62,000 nucleotides of DNA from Botryllus schlosseri (GCA_051294905.1 CM119372.1:1798001-1860000); one strand, 5' to 3'; positions 24,196 through 37,580 are shown, counted from the first letter of the stretch. Numbers and translations are program-made. Notes: generated by a model from the sequence alone, not told the origin.

Positions 24196-25635
24196 CGTCG
24201 CAAGAAGACGCAACAAGTCGGTTCACGTAAACACAACTAACGACATCCATGGATACATCTCCACATGAAATGGTACATTACAGTGATTGATACCGAGTGG
24301 AAACGGTATAATGCCGCGCAGCATTAAGTGCCGATAAAATCGTCTGTTCTCGATATCAATTGCCACACTGCGACTAAACTAGTAGCGCTGGTACTCTACG
24401 CGCGACTGACGAGGGACGGAGTAGTATTGCTTAATCCAAATTTCAAATAAATCTAATTATTCGCCTTCACATGATTTACTAATTCTTATCCTATTTGTAG
24501 AGTAGATATAATTTCAAGCCGCATTATAGTCTACCACATGCATACGATTACTCCCTCGATACATCACGAGGAGCGATATGAGGATATTTACTTGTAGTGC
24601 GTGTCACATGATTGCTTTTACAGGTCTTACACTCTGTCTTGGACAACTTGTTGTATAATTAGACTAATTCGAGCGAAATGCCGAATTCAGTAATTCTACA
24701 ATTTCTAGTTGACCAACTAAACTTACGCTATGGCTATATGCCAATTAGTCTCCTGAGTATTAGAAAAATAAACAATTCCCGCTCTGAAATAAAATCCATT
24801 TGATCGCAAAATTACGAGACGCTGTTTATTCCCAACTCTTTCCAATCGAAATTTGCAAATTAGCAATTCGTACAGTAATTACATCAGATATCTCTTTCCA
24901 TGTAAATTGTAGAGTAACGGATGAAATAACAGTGTTGCCGCTTAGAATTCCCAGTCAGAATATTCGTTGCCGGTTTTCTCAGACGCACATCAGGCGCAAT
25001 GTGCGTATGCGTCCAGTTAATGAACATAACTATACCGTTTCCTCACATATCACATTCACCGGGCGCTGTAATAGCTTTTTTTACGCTGTTACTATACGTG
25101 TTAACTATAACTCTCTCCATCTCTGCTAATCAATATTGAACCCATATCAACAAATGCTTTCTGCAGATATTCTCCGATTTTCTACGTATATTATGAACTC
25201 GATATTTATTGATCAATTCGACAGCGTTATCTGCATTGTAGACAAAGTATGCCTGCGCTTGCCGACCGTATCGATAACTGACGTTGAAAAGATAGTCACG
25301 ATGCAGATGAAATAGTTTCAATGCGTGTGCGAGCCTGTGGTTACGAGAATCGGATTTGCGAGTCTTGTAAAATTAACCTAGTAAACTATATTGATTGATG
25401 CTTGATTGACATCAATGAAATTTCCATCCGCATTTCCTGTTGTTTTTTCGAAACTAATTCCGCGAGGTGCTGATATGTCGAGACACTTTTACTATACAGA
25501 CAGAAGCGAATCGCAGGTATTGAGCGACCATGGTGAATTACTTTCATCGAACTATGCACGCGGTTGAAACTATTTCGTAGAATATTTACAAATCTAAAGT
25601 ACAACATGATGGTGTCCAAGGCGTATAGGCTATAC

Positions 25636-27448
25636 CAGTGGTCGGGAACCTATGGCTCGCGAGCCATATATGGCTCTTTTGGGTATAAGATATGGCTCTT
25701 TGCCAAATATTTAATTTTGTACTGAATTGATCAATATCGCAGCGACTTGTTGGTAAATTTTCATCACGGCCAAAATAACTATCCTGGTGGCAGTATAAAC
25801 ATGTCTTTCAGAGGTAAAGACAATGCCGTCTTCAGGTTTAGGGGCTCGGACCCCCTCTCTTCAAAATCATCAAATTTAATTTACTGTCACGCCGGCGGCC
25901 AATATCACTCGCAAATTCCATGCGCCAGTATTGTTTGTGATATACTGGAACCGAATCTCGGCACCTGTTAATTGGCACGCTAATGATTACTTCTCTGATT
26001 GCGCCGTTTATTTAGTTGCCTGACATAACGACTACTCGTGCTGTTGAGTACAGGCTCTGTATCCTGGCGTGGTGGCAGCGATGGGATTCGAACCCACGCC
26101 ATCGAAATGACTACTGACTCAAACCTCCTGGCGATGTATCCGAATCGAAATCATGAATTGTGCGATACGTTGAGTCGAAGAGCACAGCAGATATGGCGCC
26201 GCCCATTTCAAAACGCAGTTTTCAAATACACATTGTCGTCCTGATCTACGGCGCGAAATGAACTGTTGTGGATGTGACATTCACAATTACAAACTCGAAT
26301 TACAAACAACGCCATAGCTATCCACGTTCCGTTTTCTCCACGTTCTGTGTAGTAAAACATTTATGGGTGTAGCGCAACGTTATGTTACCGCCGAATACTT
26401 TGAGAATGGAGAAGTCGGTAAGTATTTAGGGCGAAGATAATAAAGTTGGATTAGCAATAAAAGTCGATTATCGCGTTCGTCAGGATTTATCAACCTAGGA
26501 TTAAGGAAACCGGTTGATCGCAGCGCATAACGTGAGTGTTAATCTCTTGATTTATCAAACAGGAACAAACTATAGATAACTAGTTATCTATAAAAACTGC
26601 GTACCATTCCTACCCACCAATATTTCCGATAATGACCGTGGCGATGGTCTCCTAGGTAATAGCTTCACTAATTATGTACCCGCCATTGCATAGCGATACC
26701 AATATTCTATAATCCATTTCTTAGCTGTACCGAACGAATTGGACACGACCTTCATTTCGCTATGATGATAATTCGACATATTACAGTGCCAGTGTCGCTA
26801 TCAGCAGGCTGCTGTTTCATTCAACAAATTGACAACTGATGGCATATGACGCGTTTTCGCATTATGATGCAACAGATTACGCCACTTGATTGAAAACTCG
26901 GGACACCTCGACTAACGATCGGGCCTTCGGGCGTAACCTTTCCAACTTGATGAGTCGCGATTAGCAGTATTTAATCACACGATTAGCAATATTCCGGGTC
27001 AGCTAACTTTATTATCTCCGCCTGAGATGCATCCCGATTAGCAGTTTTTAATCACATGATTAGCATTCTCCCGGATCAGCTGACTTTATTATCTGCGCCC
27101 TTGGATTTTCGGAATCAGTGTGACAGTCACGTTCGATTAATATCAGTTATAATAAATTCTAAGCTACTTATACAAGGACTTGCGTTATCCTTGGTGGATG
27201 CTTGACCCGTCTGCGTCTTACCTCTCGTTTCGAGCTTTATTTTCGAGCAATAAATACCAGTTTTTACTGAAAAAATGTGGAGCACACGAGGAATCATATG
27301 TAGTGAGTTCGAATTAGTGCTACCATGACGTCACGAATTTCCAATTGTGACGTAACAGTTGATTGACATGTATGGCTCTTTGGGAGTTGAGATGGGAAAA
27401 ATAGGGCCAATATATGGCTCTTCGGGCAAAAAAGGTTCCCGACCACTG
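25636..27448. mobile_element. Non-autonomous hAT element (Charlie/SPIN-like ends)
   Basis: TIRs CAGTGGTCGGGAACCT / AGGTTCCCGACCACTG; ATATGGCTCT subterminal repeats; perfect TSD GGCTATAC. Confidence 0.9.
26070..26125 (-). pseudogene. Retroposed 3' fragment of mature tRNA-Leu (ends in CCA), flanked by an 8-bp direct repeat
   Basis: Minus strand reads GGTTTGAGTCAGTAGTCATTTCGATGGCGTGGGTTCGAATCCCATCGCTGCCA-CCA (variable arm, T-arm, acceptor strand). TCCTGGCG at 26062-26069 and 26126-26133. Confidence 0.75.
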
Positions 27449-28956
27449 GGCTATACAGTAGGCCTATACATAAATGGTTTTCATCGCTTTTACGCAGCCA
27501 AAAAGCAATTCTACTCGTGTGTATACATTGATATCATATAATATTTTTGTTTTCTTGTAAGTAAATCCTAAATTCGGAGTTCAATATATTCAAGCGAATG
27601 GTCAGCCTAATTCATACTTTTAGCAGACAGATCTGAACAACTATAATTCTGGCTGTCTAATTAGTCTTATTAGAGCGAAACATACCAGTAATCTAATTAT
27701 AATTAATTCGTGAAGTGTCTCTATGCTCGAATTCGAATTCTAATCTAATATCTGTTTTCTTGAAAATGCTACAGGTGAACTGTATACCGTGCGAAACGAG
27801 CCAAGCTCGGTGTACACTGTACACAAATACAGGCATCTACTATTCTCATGCCGGTGTGAACGAATCCTGATTCGATATGAGCTGAACGTGATTTTTGTTG
27901 TATTTCTTTATAATTCGGAAGTCTTGTTTATGATAGATGTGGTCGTGAACTCAGCACGTGGTTTCTTGTTATCATGAGATTCCCTCTTTTTCTGGTTTGG
28001 CATCGTGCCAGCCGGTCGTATATGACCGCCGACTGACGGCCGTTTTATGCTGTGGTGTCGATGAGCTGCAGTTTGCGTGTAATTCTCCGTACTGAAGCAT
28101 AGCCATCATGAAGAGCGGGACGCTACATTGCTCTATACTTTTCCAAGCTGACTTAATCATCGCATCAACAAGTGTATAGCCTAAGAAAATGCACAATGCA
28201 TATTCGTAAAACAACAGGGATTCGCACAACATTAAGGTCCGCAGAGTTTCCCGTACGAAACGCAGGTGATCATTAGAAAGCATCAATGATGCCACGCTGA
28301 GCTTCTAATAAACTTTCAACCTTCCCCGTTACATCTGTATCCTGTGGTGGATATTTGTTAAATCAGCTTCTCAGCTATTTTTTTAGAAACTTCAATTTTT
28401 TCGGCCATATTTTGGTCGTGGTTTAGTTATGATCGTATTATTGTTTCAAAGTTAACCGTTACCAAGATATGGCTGAAAACTTTACGTAAAGTTTCTCAAA
28501 ATGTGTAAAACGGACACAAGCTAGTCTGATTCTATCTCGACGATATACGTTTGCACGTTAGCTAGAGTGTTATTTAAATTGGGCGCACCGTGAGGGATGA
28601 CTGTACACTGTACAGTGTAGGGGTCTGTAGCCATTTAAAGCGAAGTCTAGACGAAATTCAAGTAGATTGAGACAAGGCTGAGCGCCACCTTACAATGTTA
28701 CATCAGAAGATGAAATTATTTTCAACAGTATGTGATGAATATATGAAGATATAGTTAACTAGTGTATTGCATATAGACCAAGGGTGGGCAAACTACGGCC
28801 CGCGGGTCGCATGCGGCCCGCAACACGGTTCTGTGCGGCCCGCGAGAGTCTAAAGAAACTTGGTAAAAAATATTGATAAAATTCGTAATAAAAATCGAAT
28901 TAATGCAGGGACTTATCAGACTTTTCTTAGTTCATTTCGCCATGATAATTCTGAGG

Positions 28957-29091
28957 CAGTGGTTCTCAAACTGGGGTCGCGCCCCCCTTTGGGGACGTGC
29001 AAGCATCTGAAGCGGGGCGCGAAGCTGAGCTAAACAGAACTTTTTACGCGCTCCCCGCGATTTCCACCCCATTCTTCATTAAGAATCACTG
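28957..29091. mobile_element. Small hAT MITE nested in the 28779 element
   Basis: CAGTGGTTCTCAA / TTAAGAATCACTG; TSD ttctgagg/ttctaagg. Confidence 0.7.
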
Positions 29092-29636
29092 TTCTAAGGT
29101 AAATACTTCTTCCTATATTGTTTTTTATGTTTAATTTCTGGCGCGACAGCCCGATCTCAAGGCCCGCGCAGTTTGAAAGGTTTCAACTGCTAAACATCAC
29201 AGAAATCCTAAACGAGATTGGCATAATTCGGATCACGATTGTGATTTCAGATTGGCCCCTCCAGTTTTAATTATTTCAGTGATGTGCTCATTAAAAACGA
29301 TTCGCGCGTGTCTTAAGTTGATTCGTTCTCTGTATGCATAGAATTAGGGTATTTATATTTAATCTACACATAGTAGAAGCGTGTTTGAAGCTAACATGGT
29401 TATGATGCTGTCAGCATTGTGTGTCCTGGAACCGAACCAAAAGTGGAATTGGTAAAGATCGTTTTTCACGGATTTAAATTTCAATCCTGTTGTAAGAATC
29501 GGGAAAACGACTTTCATCTCTATAGTTTTGACAAATTGGTTATTGAGGTTGACAAGCCTAAAAATCTCGCCACTGTTTCTGACGCGTGTACGATATCATC
29601 AAAGCAATGCTTGGTTTGTTTTAAATACCTCACTAT

Positions 29637-32600
29637 CAAGGGCGTAGCCAGAAAAAAAATTTGGGGGGGGCGAAATTTTTGATGAGTCAAAGGGAGATAC
29701 AGAACGTTTGTTTCAAGATACCGCCAGCCGCCACCTGATGTAGAAGCCTCCTACTTTCCCACGAATTTGTGTCGGTTCACTAAAATTAAGATGAACGTCA
29801 CATCTGCATACTTTATCGCGGCGTGTCTGGTGTATCGTTGTAACAAAGATTAAAGATATCGCTATCTAGAGTATTACGCCATCGAAACAGCTATCCGCAA
29901 GAGGTATCATCGGGCTATGGGCATTTTCGCAATATTTAGTTTTCTTTGGTAAGTTTGTTTTTATGACTCCGGGTGTTTATATAGCTCAGTGGGGTGAACT
30001 CTCGTTGCGGTCTCAAAAATGTTGCTACTTGAAAAGATAGTGATCTTTCTTCTCAGCAAAACATCAGTGATTGCTTTAGTGTTATTCGTCTCATAATAAT
30101 CTGGTAACTTCTGAGTTCTGACCTGATGCCGGCCAATCACGGCTGAGTGGACACGACTTTCAATAGGCTAGTGATAACACAGTGTCTATACCCAATATCC
30201 GCAACCATTGGCTAGCTTTCTTGCAACAACATGGTCATTGAAAACAAATCATAAAACAGATGTGAGCAAAATTTGAATGTATTGCCAAAAACTATGAATC
30301 AATTCTATTTCAACTCTATTCGTCGCCTCGCGCCTGCCATATTCGTAACAACTCGATCGATCTTGTCCTCGGTCATCCTTTCGCGATGGCAATGAATCAC
30401 ACATAAATTTGAGAGGCGATCGGAAGTCATTGTTGAGCGTAGCCAGGTCTTGACCCGCTTCATGGAGGAGAATGACCTTTCAGCCTCCACCGTTGTTGCT
30501 GGCAAGGCCAGGATGACCTGGATCGCACTGTGCACGCTTGGATAATCCTTATCACTCAGAAGAAGGTCAAGCAAACTTTCCTGGTTAACTTGGGAGTTCA
30601 AAGACGATCTCCAGAGAATTACTTCGTTACCAAGGTTATCCAAAGAATACAAACGCTCAATCTCATCTAACTTGGCTGGCTTGTTTGGTGGAAGGATGGA
30701 TAGCAACGCAAGTAATGAGGGGTTGTCCCTGAAACGTTCCCGGAGAGAGTTACTCAATCCGTCGATGTACGGGACATATACCGAACGCCGGAAATATTCC
30801 AAAGCCGATTCAGCACAGACGTTAGCACGGTAAACTTGTACCTCAACTATTCTATAGGCATTCTCAGCTCTTCTACTCCGAGTACTTCACAGGTTTCTTT
30901 GTATATCTGCAGCGAAACTTCCGGGTCGTTGCGGTCGCGGTCAAGAATGCTCTGTAGAGAATTAAACAAGCTCTTCACGCATGGCATGCTGATACCAACA
31001 GTCTGGAGCTTGCGTGCTAGTGGTTTTATAAGAGCCGAAAATCTTCCAATCAAGCAAACAGCATAAGCGACCTCAGATCTTTCTAAAGCAGTTTTCAAAG
31101 AGAATGCCTTTCTCCTAGTCTCACTGCTTGTTTCCCTCGACAAAGAACCAAGAGCATCTAGTACACGCAGAAAATTAGACTTGAAGGTGCGGATGCTCTT
31201 ATATTTCTCGGACCACCTGGTTGGGCAGAATAACGGTATCTTAATCCCCAAAATGCTGCGCCTTTTGGGACTATCTCTGAAAAAACGGATAGTTTCCCTG
31301 ATGATGTCACAGGTGTTTCTGATTACAGGAACTTTACTTTGGTCGTTAATGACCAAGTTCAAACAATGAGAGGCACAGTGTACAAAGATTGCTCGAGGGT
31401 ACTTATCATGAATGCGTTTTTGTACACCACTCACGTGACCTGCCATCGTCGATGCCCCATCGTATCCCTGCCCGACCAATTTTTGAAAATCCAGCCCAAT
31501 GGTAGAGAGATGAGATAAAATAGGCTACTCTGCGGAAACGGAATCCATTTCAACAAATCCCGTGAAACTTTCGTGTACTTTATCACCTTTCACATACCTC
31601 AAAACAATGCTGAGCTGTTCTTTTCCGGCGATATCGCAAGACTCGTCGGCTATTACAGACACGAACGATTCGTTAGCCTCAGCGACGATCTCTTCAACAA
31701 GCATATTGCCGGCAATCCTGAGCATCTCATTTTGTATGGTAGGGCTAGTGGACTTGGCATTCCCGGACATTCGATCAAAATGTTTTATCAAATATTCGTC
31801 CCCAGCGTCCATGCGAAACTGAAGGAGCTTCATAAAATTTCCTTCGTGTTGGGAATGCCCACGGAAAGCGATGTTATTTGAGGCACAGAACATCACCATC
31901 TTAACTATCGAACTCATTATATTTCTATTTTCTCTCACTTGCACGCCATGTGCAGTGTTCAAGCTTGTGCACACATTTTGATCATTTTCCATACTTTCGA
32001 GAAAAGTTTTTGCAGCCGCAGTTGCTTCTTTATGGTAAGATAAGAAGTCTCTCGATGAGCCGTAGCCTTTTCAATAAATTTCTTGAAATCGATGCATGGC
32101 TTTTTGACAAAAGCAGCATTTTTGAGGTTACCATGCTTAAGACGTGCTTGCATTACAATGCAAATCTTGCACAAACCTCCTCCATCTGAGAGCTGGGTAT
32201 AGACCAACCATCTGGAATATCTATCATCATCGAGCCACACTTTAAGAAACTTGCGGCGATCTTGCCTCGTAGTATCAAGAAGTGGCACGTTTCTCAAAGC
32301 ATCCGAAGTCAGAAGTCTATATCTCTCAGCATCGCCAAGCTGCGAATGGTGGTCAAGAATATATCCAATATCGTTTGTTTTTCCCACCTCATATGATTTT
32401 TGGGGCTCTGGTATATCGGCAATTACATCTGACGCTTCTACTAGCGAAGGAACACAACTCACTATTCCTTCTGTTGGCTGCGCATCTCGACTCCTCGCAG
32501 GGAAAAAGCTGTCCAGTCTTGCTTGTTTCGATTTTGACATTGAAACGTAATGCGGAATCCAAATCAATTACAATCCTTAAGGCCTCTCTACACGGCACCG

Positions 32601-33714
32601 AATGCTTCACACCTCCTGTCTACACCGCAAGCAATTTGCTTCGTGATCTTTAGTAAACAAAATATCTCACCACAACAAACCCACAATTTAAACTACCCAT
32701 CAGATAAATATACTATACTATGTGATACCCATCCACTTTAATATAACCTATAGTCATTACGTAGCATTGTTTTGTGTAGCTCATTGAACAATGTGTGTCT
32801 TAGGTGGGTTAAAATAATAGAACCACCAATTATATCGATTATACCCAACAAAGATCCTGATAGTCTGCGGTCGCGCTCAGCGAACCATATACATACATAC
32901 ATAATAAAACAAGCTAATGGCATCGCTGTAAGGTGGCAAGTGGCCTGTTGAGAGGCCTTTAATATCGCACCTCGCAATGGTATAGTTATATTAGTAATTC
33001 CATTCTTAATAATTACTTCGTTGAAGCACGGTTATTTAGTGACCTCTGGTAAAGATTGATGCTAGTTTAGAGATTGGAATTGCTGATATATATACCAGAC
33101 CAAATTACAAAACTCCTTTGATCAGACTCGTGCGATTTCAAATTAGCACTTTTTAAAGGGAGGTGGCGATATTTTCCTGTGCCAGTCGCATTCATGTCGG
33201 AGAAGTCTGATTGCAGGGACAGGATCATTAGGCGCCAGCCATTTAAGTACCCGAAAATCTATATCGAATACATGCGTCGGTTTTATGGCCGTCAATCATT
33301 TTGGGAGCGCACTTTGCGGAGTTGCATGTAACCTACTTTATATGTCTTCGTGTGTCCCGTAACGGGAATTGTCGGAGCTAACAGTCCCCAATCCCCATAC
33401 TAAACTGACAGCCTTAAAATCAATCAACCCAACGACCTTACTCTCGTGTGTCTAGTGGTACTGTTGTATTCTCATAATTAAGAATGCAGCTAAAATCAAT
33501 TGTGGGTATTTGCGGAAGATTTTTTTCGGAACACCGATAATAAAAGCAAGACTGTTATGATCATGGACACTAAATCGCGCGAAGCGCGAAGAAATTTTTT
33601 AGGTGGCATTCCTCTGCCCTAAAATAATGTCATATTTATTGATTTTACGAAAAATTTTCCAAAAATTTGGGGGGGGGCGATCGCCCCTTTCGCCCCTCGC
33701 TGGCTACGCCAGTG
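29637..33714 (-). mobile_element. Full-length hAT DNA transposon (Tip100/Zaphod-like), 4078 bp
   Basis: TIRs CAAGGGCGTAGCCAG / CTGGCTACGCCAGTG (13/15); perfect TSD CTCACTAT; internal transposase. Confidence 0.93.
30305..32540 (-). pseudogene. hAT transposase (ZMYM1/THAP12-like, DUF4371 plus hAT C-terminal dimerisation domain), disrupted
   Basis: Motifs IADESCDIAGKEQLSIVLRYV, GQGYDGASTMAG, HCASHCLNL, CPTRW, PATTVEAERSFSSMKRVKTWLRSTM. Frameshift near 32040, in-frame TAG at 31525-31527, frameshift near 30855. Confidence 0.92.
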
Positions 33715-34272
33715 CTCACTATATAATCAAATACCAATATTGCGTTTTGGTTTTCCCAATTTTATATTGTGCGGCCCGCGAATGGATTCAGATGTTGAAT
33801 GCGGCCCGCGAGCTCAAAAGTTTGCCCACCCCTGATATAGACTCTTTACCTCGCCTAGGCCAGGGTGCCTCATTTCAAGCACACTCCAAGTCGTTTCGAC
33901 ACCGTGCTATCTTTTCATTGCATCGCAATTTTTGTGGTGTATTGAACTGATAAAAAGTGCTAATAAACCGAACTGAGGCCGAGTGGTATAAACGAAGACG
34001 TATAAGCGCATCCGTGAGGCGTCGCTGTATAGCTTCCTTGAAAGATATTAATGCCAACATTATGAAGATGAAATGACCAATGAAACAGTTTATCTTTGGA
34101 GTTATAACCATAATCAGCGGTTCCATTAATTTCATCCACGCCGGAGGGATATACGAATGTGATATATACAAACCTCTCCAGACTTCGATCATTTACAGCA
34201 GAGGCGTCAAACCCATTTTGATCGCGGGAGAGGCATCATGCAGCAGATACAAACTTTCTGTTGCCTATAATC

Positions 34273-34534
34273 AACCGAGCGAGATAGTGTAATGGTTGTG
34301 CGCCCGGCTTCTCGATCGGTAGGTCGTGGGTTCGATCCCCGCCCGGGTCAGACCAAAGACTCGAAAACTGGTATCCGCGGCTATCCTGCTAGGTGCTCAG
34401 CAATCATGGATAGCATGGAGGAGAAAAAACCAGGGGTGCAGACTAGATGACCTTACTATAGAGGCCGTATCGCATCTCCGTCGTCAAAGCATCTCGATGG
34501 TGCAGGCGATAAAGAATACCATCTCTCTCTCTCT
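34273..34534 (+). mobile_element. tRNA-derived SINE, copy 2 (full length)
   Basis: A-box TAGTGTAATGG, B-box GGTTCGATCCC, (CT)n tail; TSD CTATAATC. Confidence 0.88.
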
Positions 34535-34554
34535 CTATAATCTAAAAGAACGGT

Positions 34555-34668
34555 TTCTTGGAGGTACAGAGCTCCAACATATAATTGAATAGTTTATTCA
34601 TATTGAAACGAACTGGAATATTTTCGGCTGACACTCGTCAGGGGTAATCGTCAGCAACTAGTAGAGAG
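34555..34668 (-). ncRNA. Hammerhead-bearing repeat, copy 3 (3' strand of stem I mutated)
   Basis: Core CTGACGA..GAAA and the pseudoknot are intact; GGGT is replaced by CAGT. Confidence 0.55.
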
Positions 34669-35705
34669 TTCACAAGAGCATCGTATATCAACAATCTTAT
34701 CAAAAAATATGACGTCACCAGCATGAAATTTTGAATACGAGGGCGTTCAATGTACTATTTTTAGATGATACACGAACTCTTATTATTGACACAGCCTTCG
34801 GCAGACGTATTTTGATAAAAGTCGACTCGAAGGCACACAAATGAAAGTGTGAACTGCCCTCCCGACGACACGAAATCCAAAAGACTAAAAATAACATGGA
34901 TGGTGACGCAGCTCCTGTGTTGGCAAGTTTACGAAGACTTTCGACACGGCACCATAAAATGATTGCGATGAATCTAAGGCGGTTTGTGTGGGGATACCAA
35001 GTGTCCTTTTTCCGAGGATTTGTTCTCCTTTTTTCAAGAAAACCGACGCCCAAATGTCCTCTTTTTCGCCAATCGGCTGGCTTTCTATACAATTGGACAG
35101 AAGGACGACTAAAAAAAGGTCTGCCCAACGTGAATTAGCAGCGGGAACTGGTTTTCAGGCACATGCCCGGAAAAATGACCTTTTTTAATTCAACCAACGA
35201 TCGATCGATTACCATTTTCCATAAAAATATCCCGTTTCAATGTCTGTTATTACCACCCGCAAAAGAAACCTCTGTCTCGGATTTTAGTATATGGTATGGT
35301 AGCCCTAGGTTAATGACAACATATGACCGTGATAATATAAAATTGTCCTTTCGATACACGTGAATCCATGACAAGGCGGGGTTATGACTAGAGCCTTACC
35401 TATATCGGATTTTGAGTCGATACCGATAACTAGAACCCTCGTCGATAACCCCAATATATTCAAAAGACACTGTGTCTAGCTTCAGGCACATTTCCCGAAC
35501 ATCAGAGTATTTAGACGCCTATAATCAGATGGGGTCAGTAATGAAGTAAATCTACTTTTTCATAGTACTCGAGTAGGTTTTCCCTACCTGCACTAATTAC
35601 TCGCAAATGGCTAGGATTGTAGACTACTTCTATTTCTACTAAACAGTTTTCAGTTTTTTAAAGAATACTTATTGTTTTACTTAATCGCAAATCGCTACTT
35701 CCACT

Positions 35706-36174
35706 CAGGGTTCTAATGACTCGAGTTTGTATTCGATTCATTATGTATGACTCGAAGCAAATCATATCACTCCAGACTAGGACGGTCAAGACAGACATTT
35801 CATTGTAACTTCGAAGAATAGTAAAGTCACCGCATTATTGGTATTTCGTCTATCAGTCCTGATACTTGGGGAGTAGTGCCTGAAACTGTTAGGACTGAGG
35901 GAAATTTCGATATTATGAATGCGAGCCATTCTATATAAATCAAACAGATTTGAAAAAAAGTGGGTTGAGCCGAATTGAACTCAAAGCTGAACAGTGAACA
36001 TAATGACTCGGACTCGGGTCACACTACTATGTCTCGGACTCGGTCCTCTACTCACTGACTTGGACTCGGACTTGACTCGGTGGTGAATTGAAAATGACTC
36101 GATTTGACTCAGTCAAAACTATAGAAGTAAGATTGACTTGTGACTCTCAACTTTGTGACTTGGTTACAACCCTG
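35706..36174. mobile_element. hAT-type MITE, family A, nested in an AGTAGAAGT-family element
   Basis: CAGGGTTCTAA...TTACAACCCTG; perfect TSD CTTCCACT. Confidence 0.88.
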
Positions 36175-37580
36175 CTTCCACTTGTACTTCAGTAGTAATT
36201 TACATTACCTCTACTTCTACGATGACAACTTTCACCGCATATGTCAGTAAGCTATAAGAAATAGATGGATATTCCCAATCGCTGATTATAGTTCTCCGAG
36301 TACCTACTACCATATGCTATGACTTCACGAAAGTTTCCGATATTTTTTGGCATCTAATGGCCGATACCGATATTCGTTTCATAGTCCGACATCGACTCGA
36401 TATTATAGGCGAACCGATATTCGGTCGGGCAATAGCTGTGATTGCATTCTGGAAGAGATTTCAATTTACGGCAGTGTTATTTTCTTTCACTGCACGTGAA
36501 TGCTGAGCACGTGGATATGTTACTTGTAAGTATATAGTATACACAGTATACACACTATGGTGTAATTCTATCGTGATATACCTGATGGCAATAAAGCTGG
36601 GAACATAATCACGCGAAACCCAACGAAAGGAAATGACGTCTAAGTGACATATATGCTGCTTTCAGCTCTCGTCATCAGCAGCATGTTCGTCATGACGCTC
36701 GCGTATTTTAACTAATGAAACTATTATGACCCACGAACTCGCATGCATTTAAATCGCAACCACTTCCTGTTAAAGAAATAAGAGAAATTACCGTACTGCA
36801 GAATGCGCTGGATAGTGTTATGCTTGGCAGGAAAGCTGCTTCTTAATCGTATAATTGAGCTTTTAGAAAGGAGACGCACATATATACTATTAGCAATATG
36901 AATATTTATTGAAGTCATTAGAACGTTAATCAAAGAGTGCACCACTTTGGTGCGATGCACTGGGGTGTACCAAATACCGCATTACAGTAGGCCGATACTT
37001 TATCACAATAATTAGGCAAGTTAATGCTTTGGAACAAATTAACAGGATATAGGCCTACTATATATGCTACAATGATCATAGCAAGTGTACGCAGCTTCGC
37101 AGCTTATGAATTTCATATGCAAATGTTTCTCATATAATTCAACCGTTGTTAAATACTACGGATTCGATGTACTATGTGGATCAGGGTGCACAAGTTTTGA
37201 ATAAATGTTAAAAGGGTATACCATTCCGGAAAAGGTTGAAGATCACTGCTCAGTGCTCAATTTGAACTGCAAATTACCAAACAAAGTTGATTTCTGAAGC
37301 GGATATTACGACATTCATATGCAAGAGCTTATAGGCTAGGTTTGCATTTAAAACAATAGTGTTCTAAAATACTTTGTTTGAAACATGTTTTAAGCAGTGT
37401 TGAAAATGCATTTCAAACAATTGTTTTTTTTCAAACGTTGCATAATTATGTAAATATTTTCGAAAAAACATGCCTACGAACGATTTGCACCCAATACAGT
37501 CGACGTATATACGATGTCGGGTGGCTGGAACCCTCGAAATCGCCTTCAGTTCAACAGTTATAGCATTGTTTATATAAGAT

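Larger units (their letters stand above)
28779..33834. mobile_element. hAT MITE (GCGGCCCGC subtermini) hosting two nested hAT insertions
   Basis: TIRs CAAGGGTGGGCAAACT / AGTTTGCCCACCCCTG; perfect TSD ATATAGAC. Confidence 0.88.

Noticed and set aside
33875..33877. In-frame TGA after Cys-Ala read as selenocysteine
   Set aside because: The exon model is weak, another stop in the chain is TAG, and I recognised no SECIS or redox fold.
34273..34345. Possible tRNA gene
   Set aside because: The A/B boxes run into a SINE body and (CT)n tail; there is no complete cloverleaf or terminator.
34764..34850. CUB-like peptide DDTRTLIIDTAFGRRILIKVDSK on the + strand as an upstream exon of the CUB gene
   Set aside because: No good donor before a TGA, and the CUB gene already has its own signal-peptide exon.
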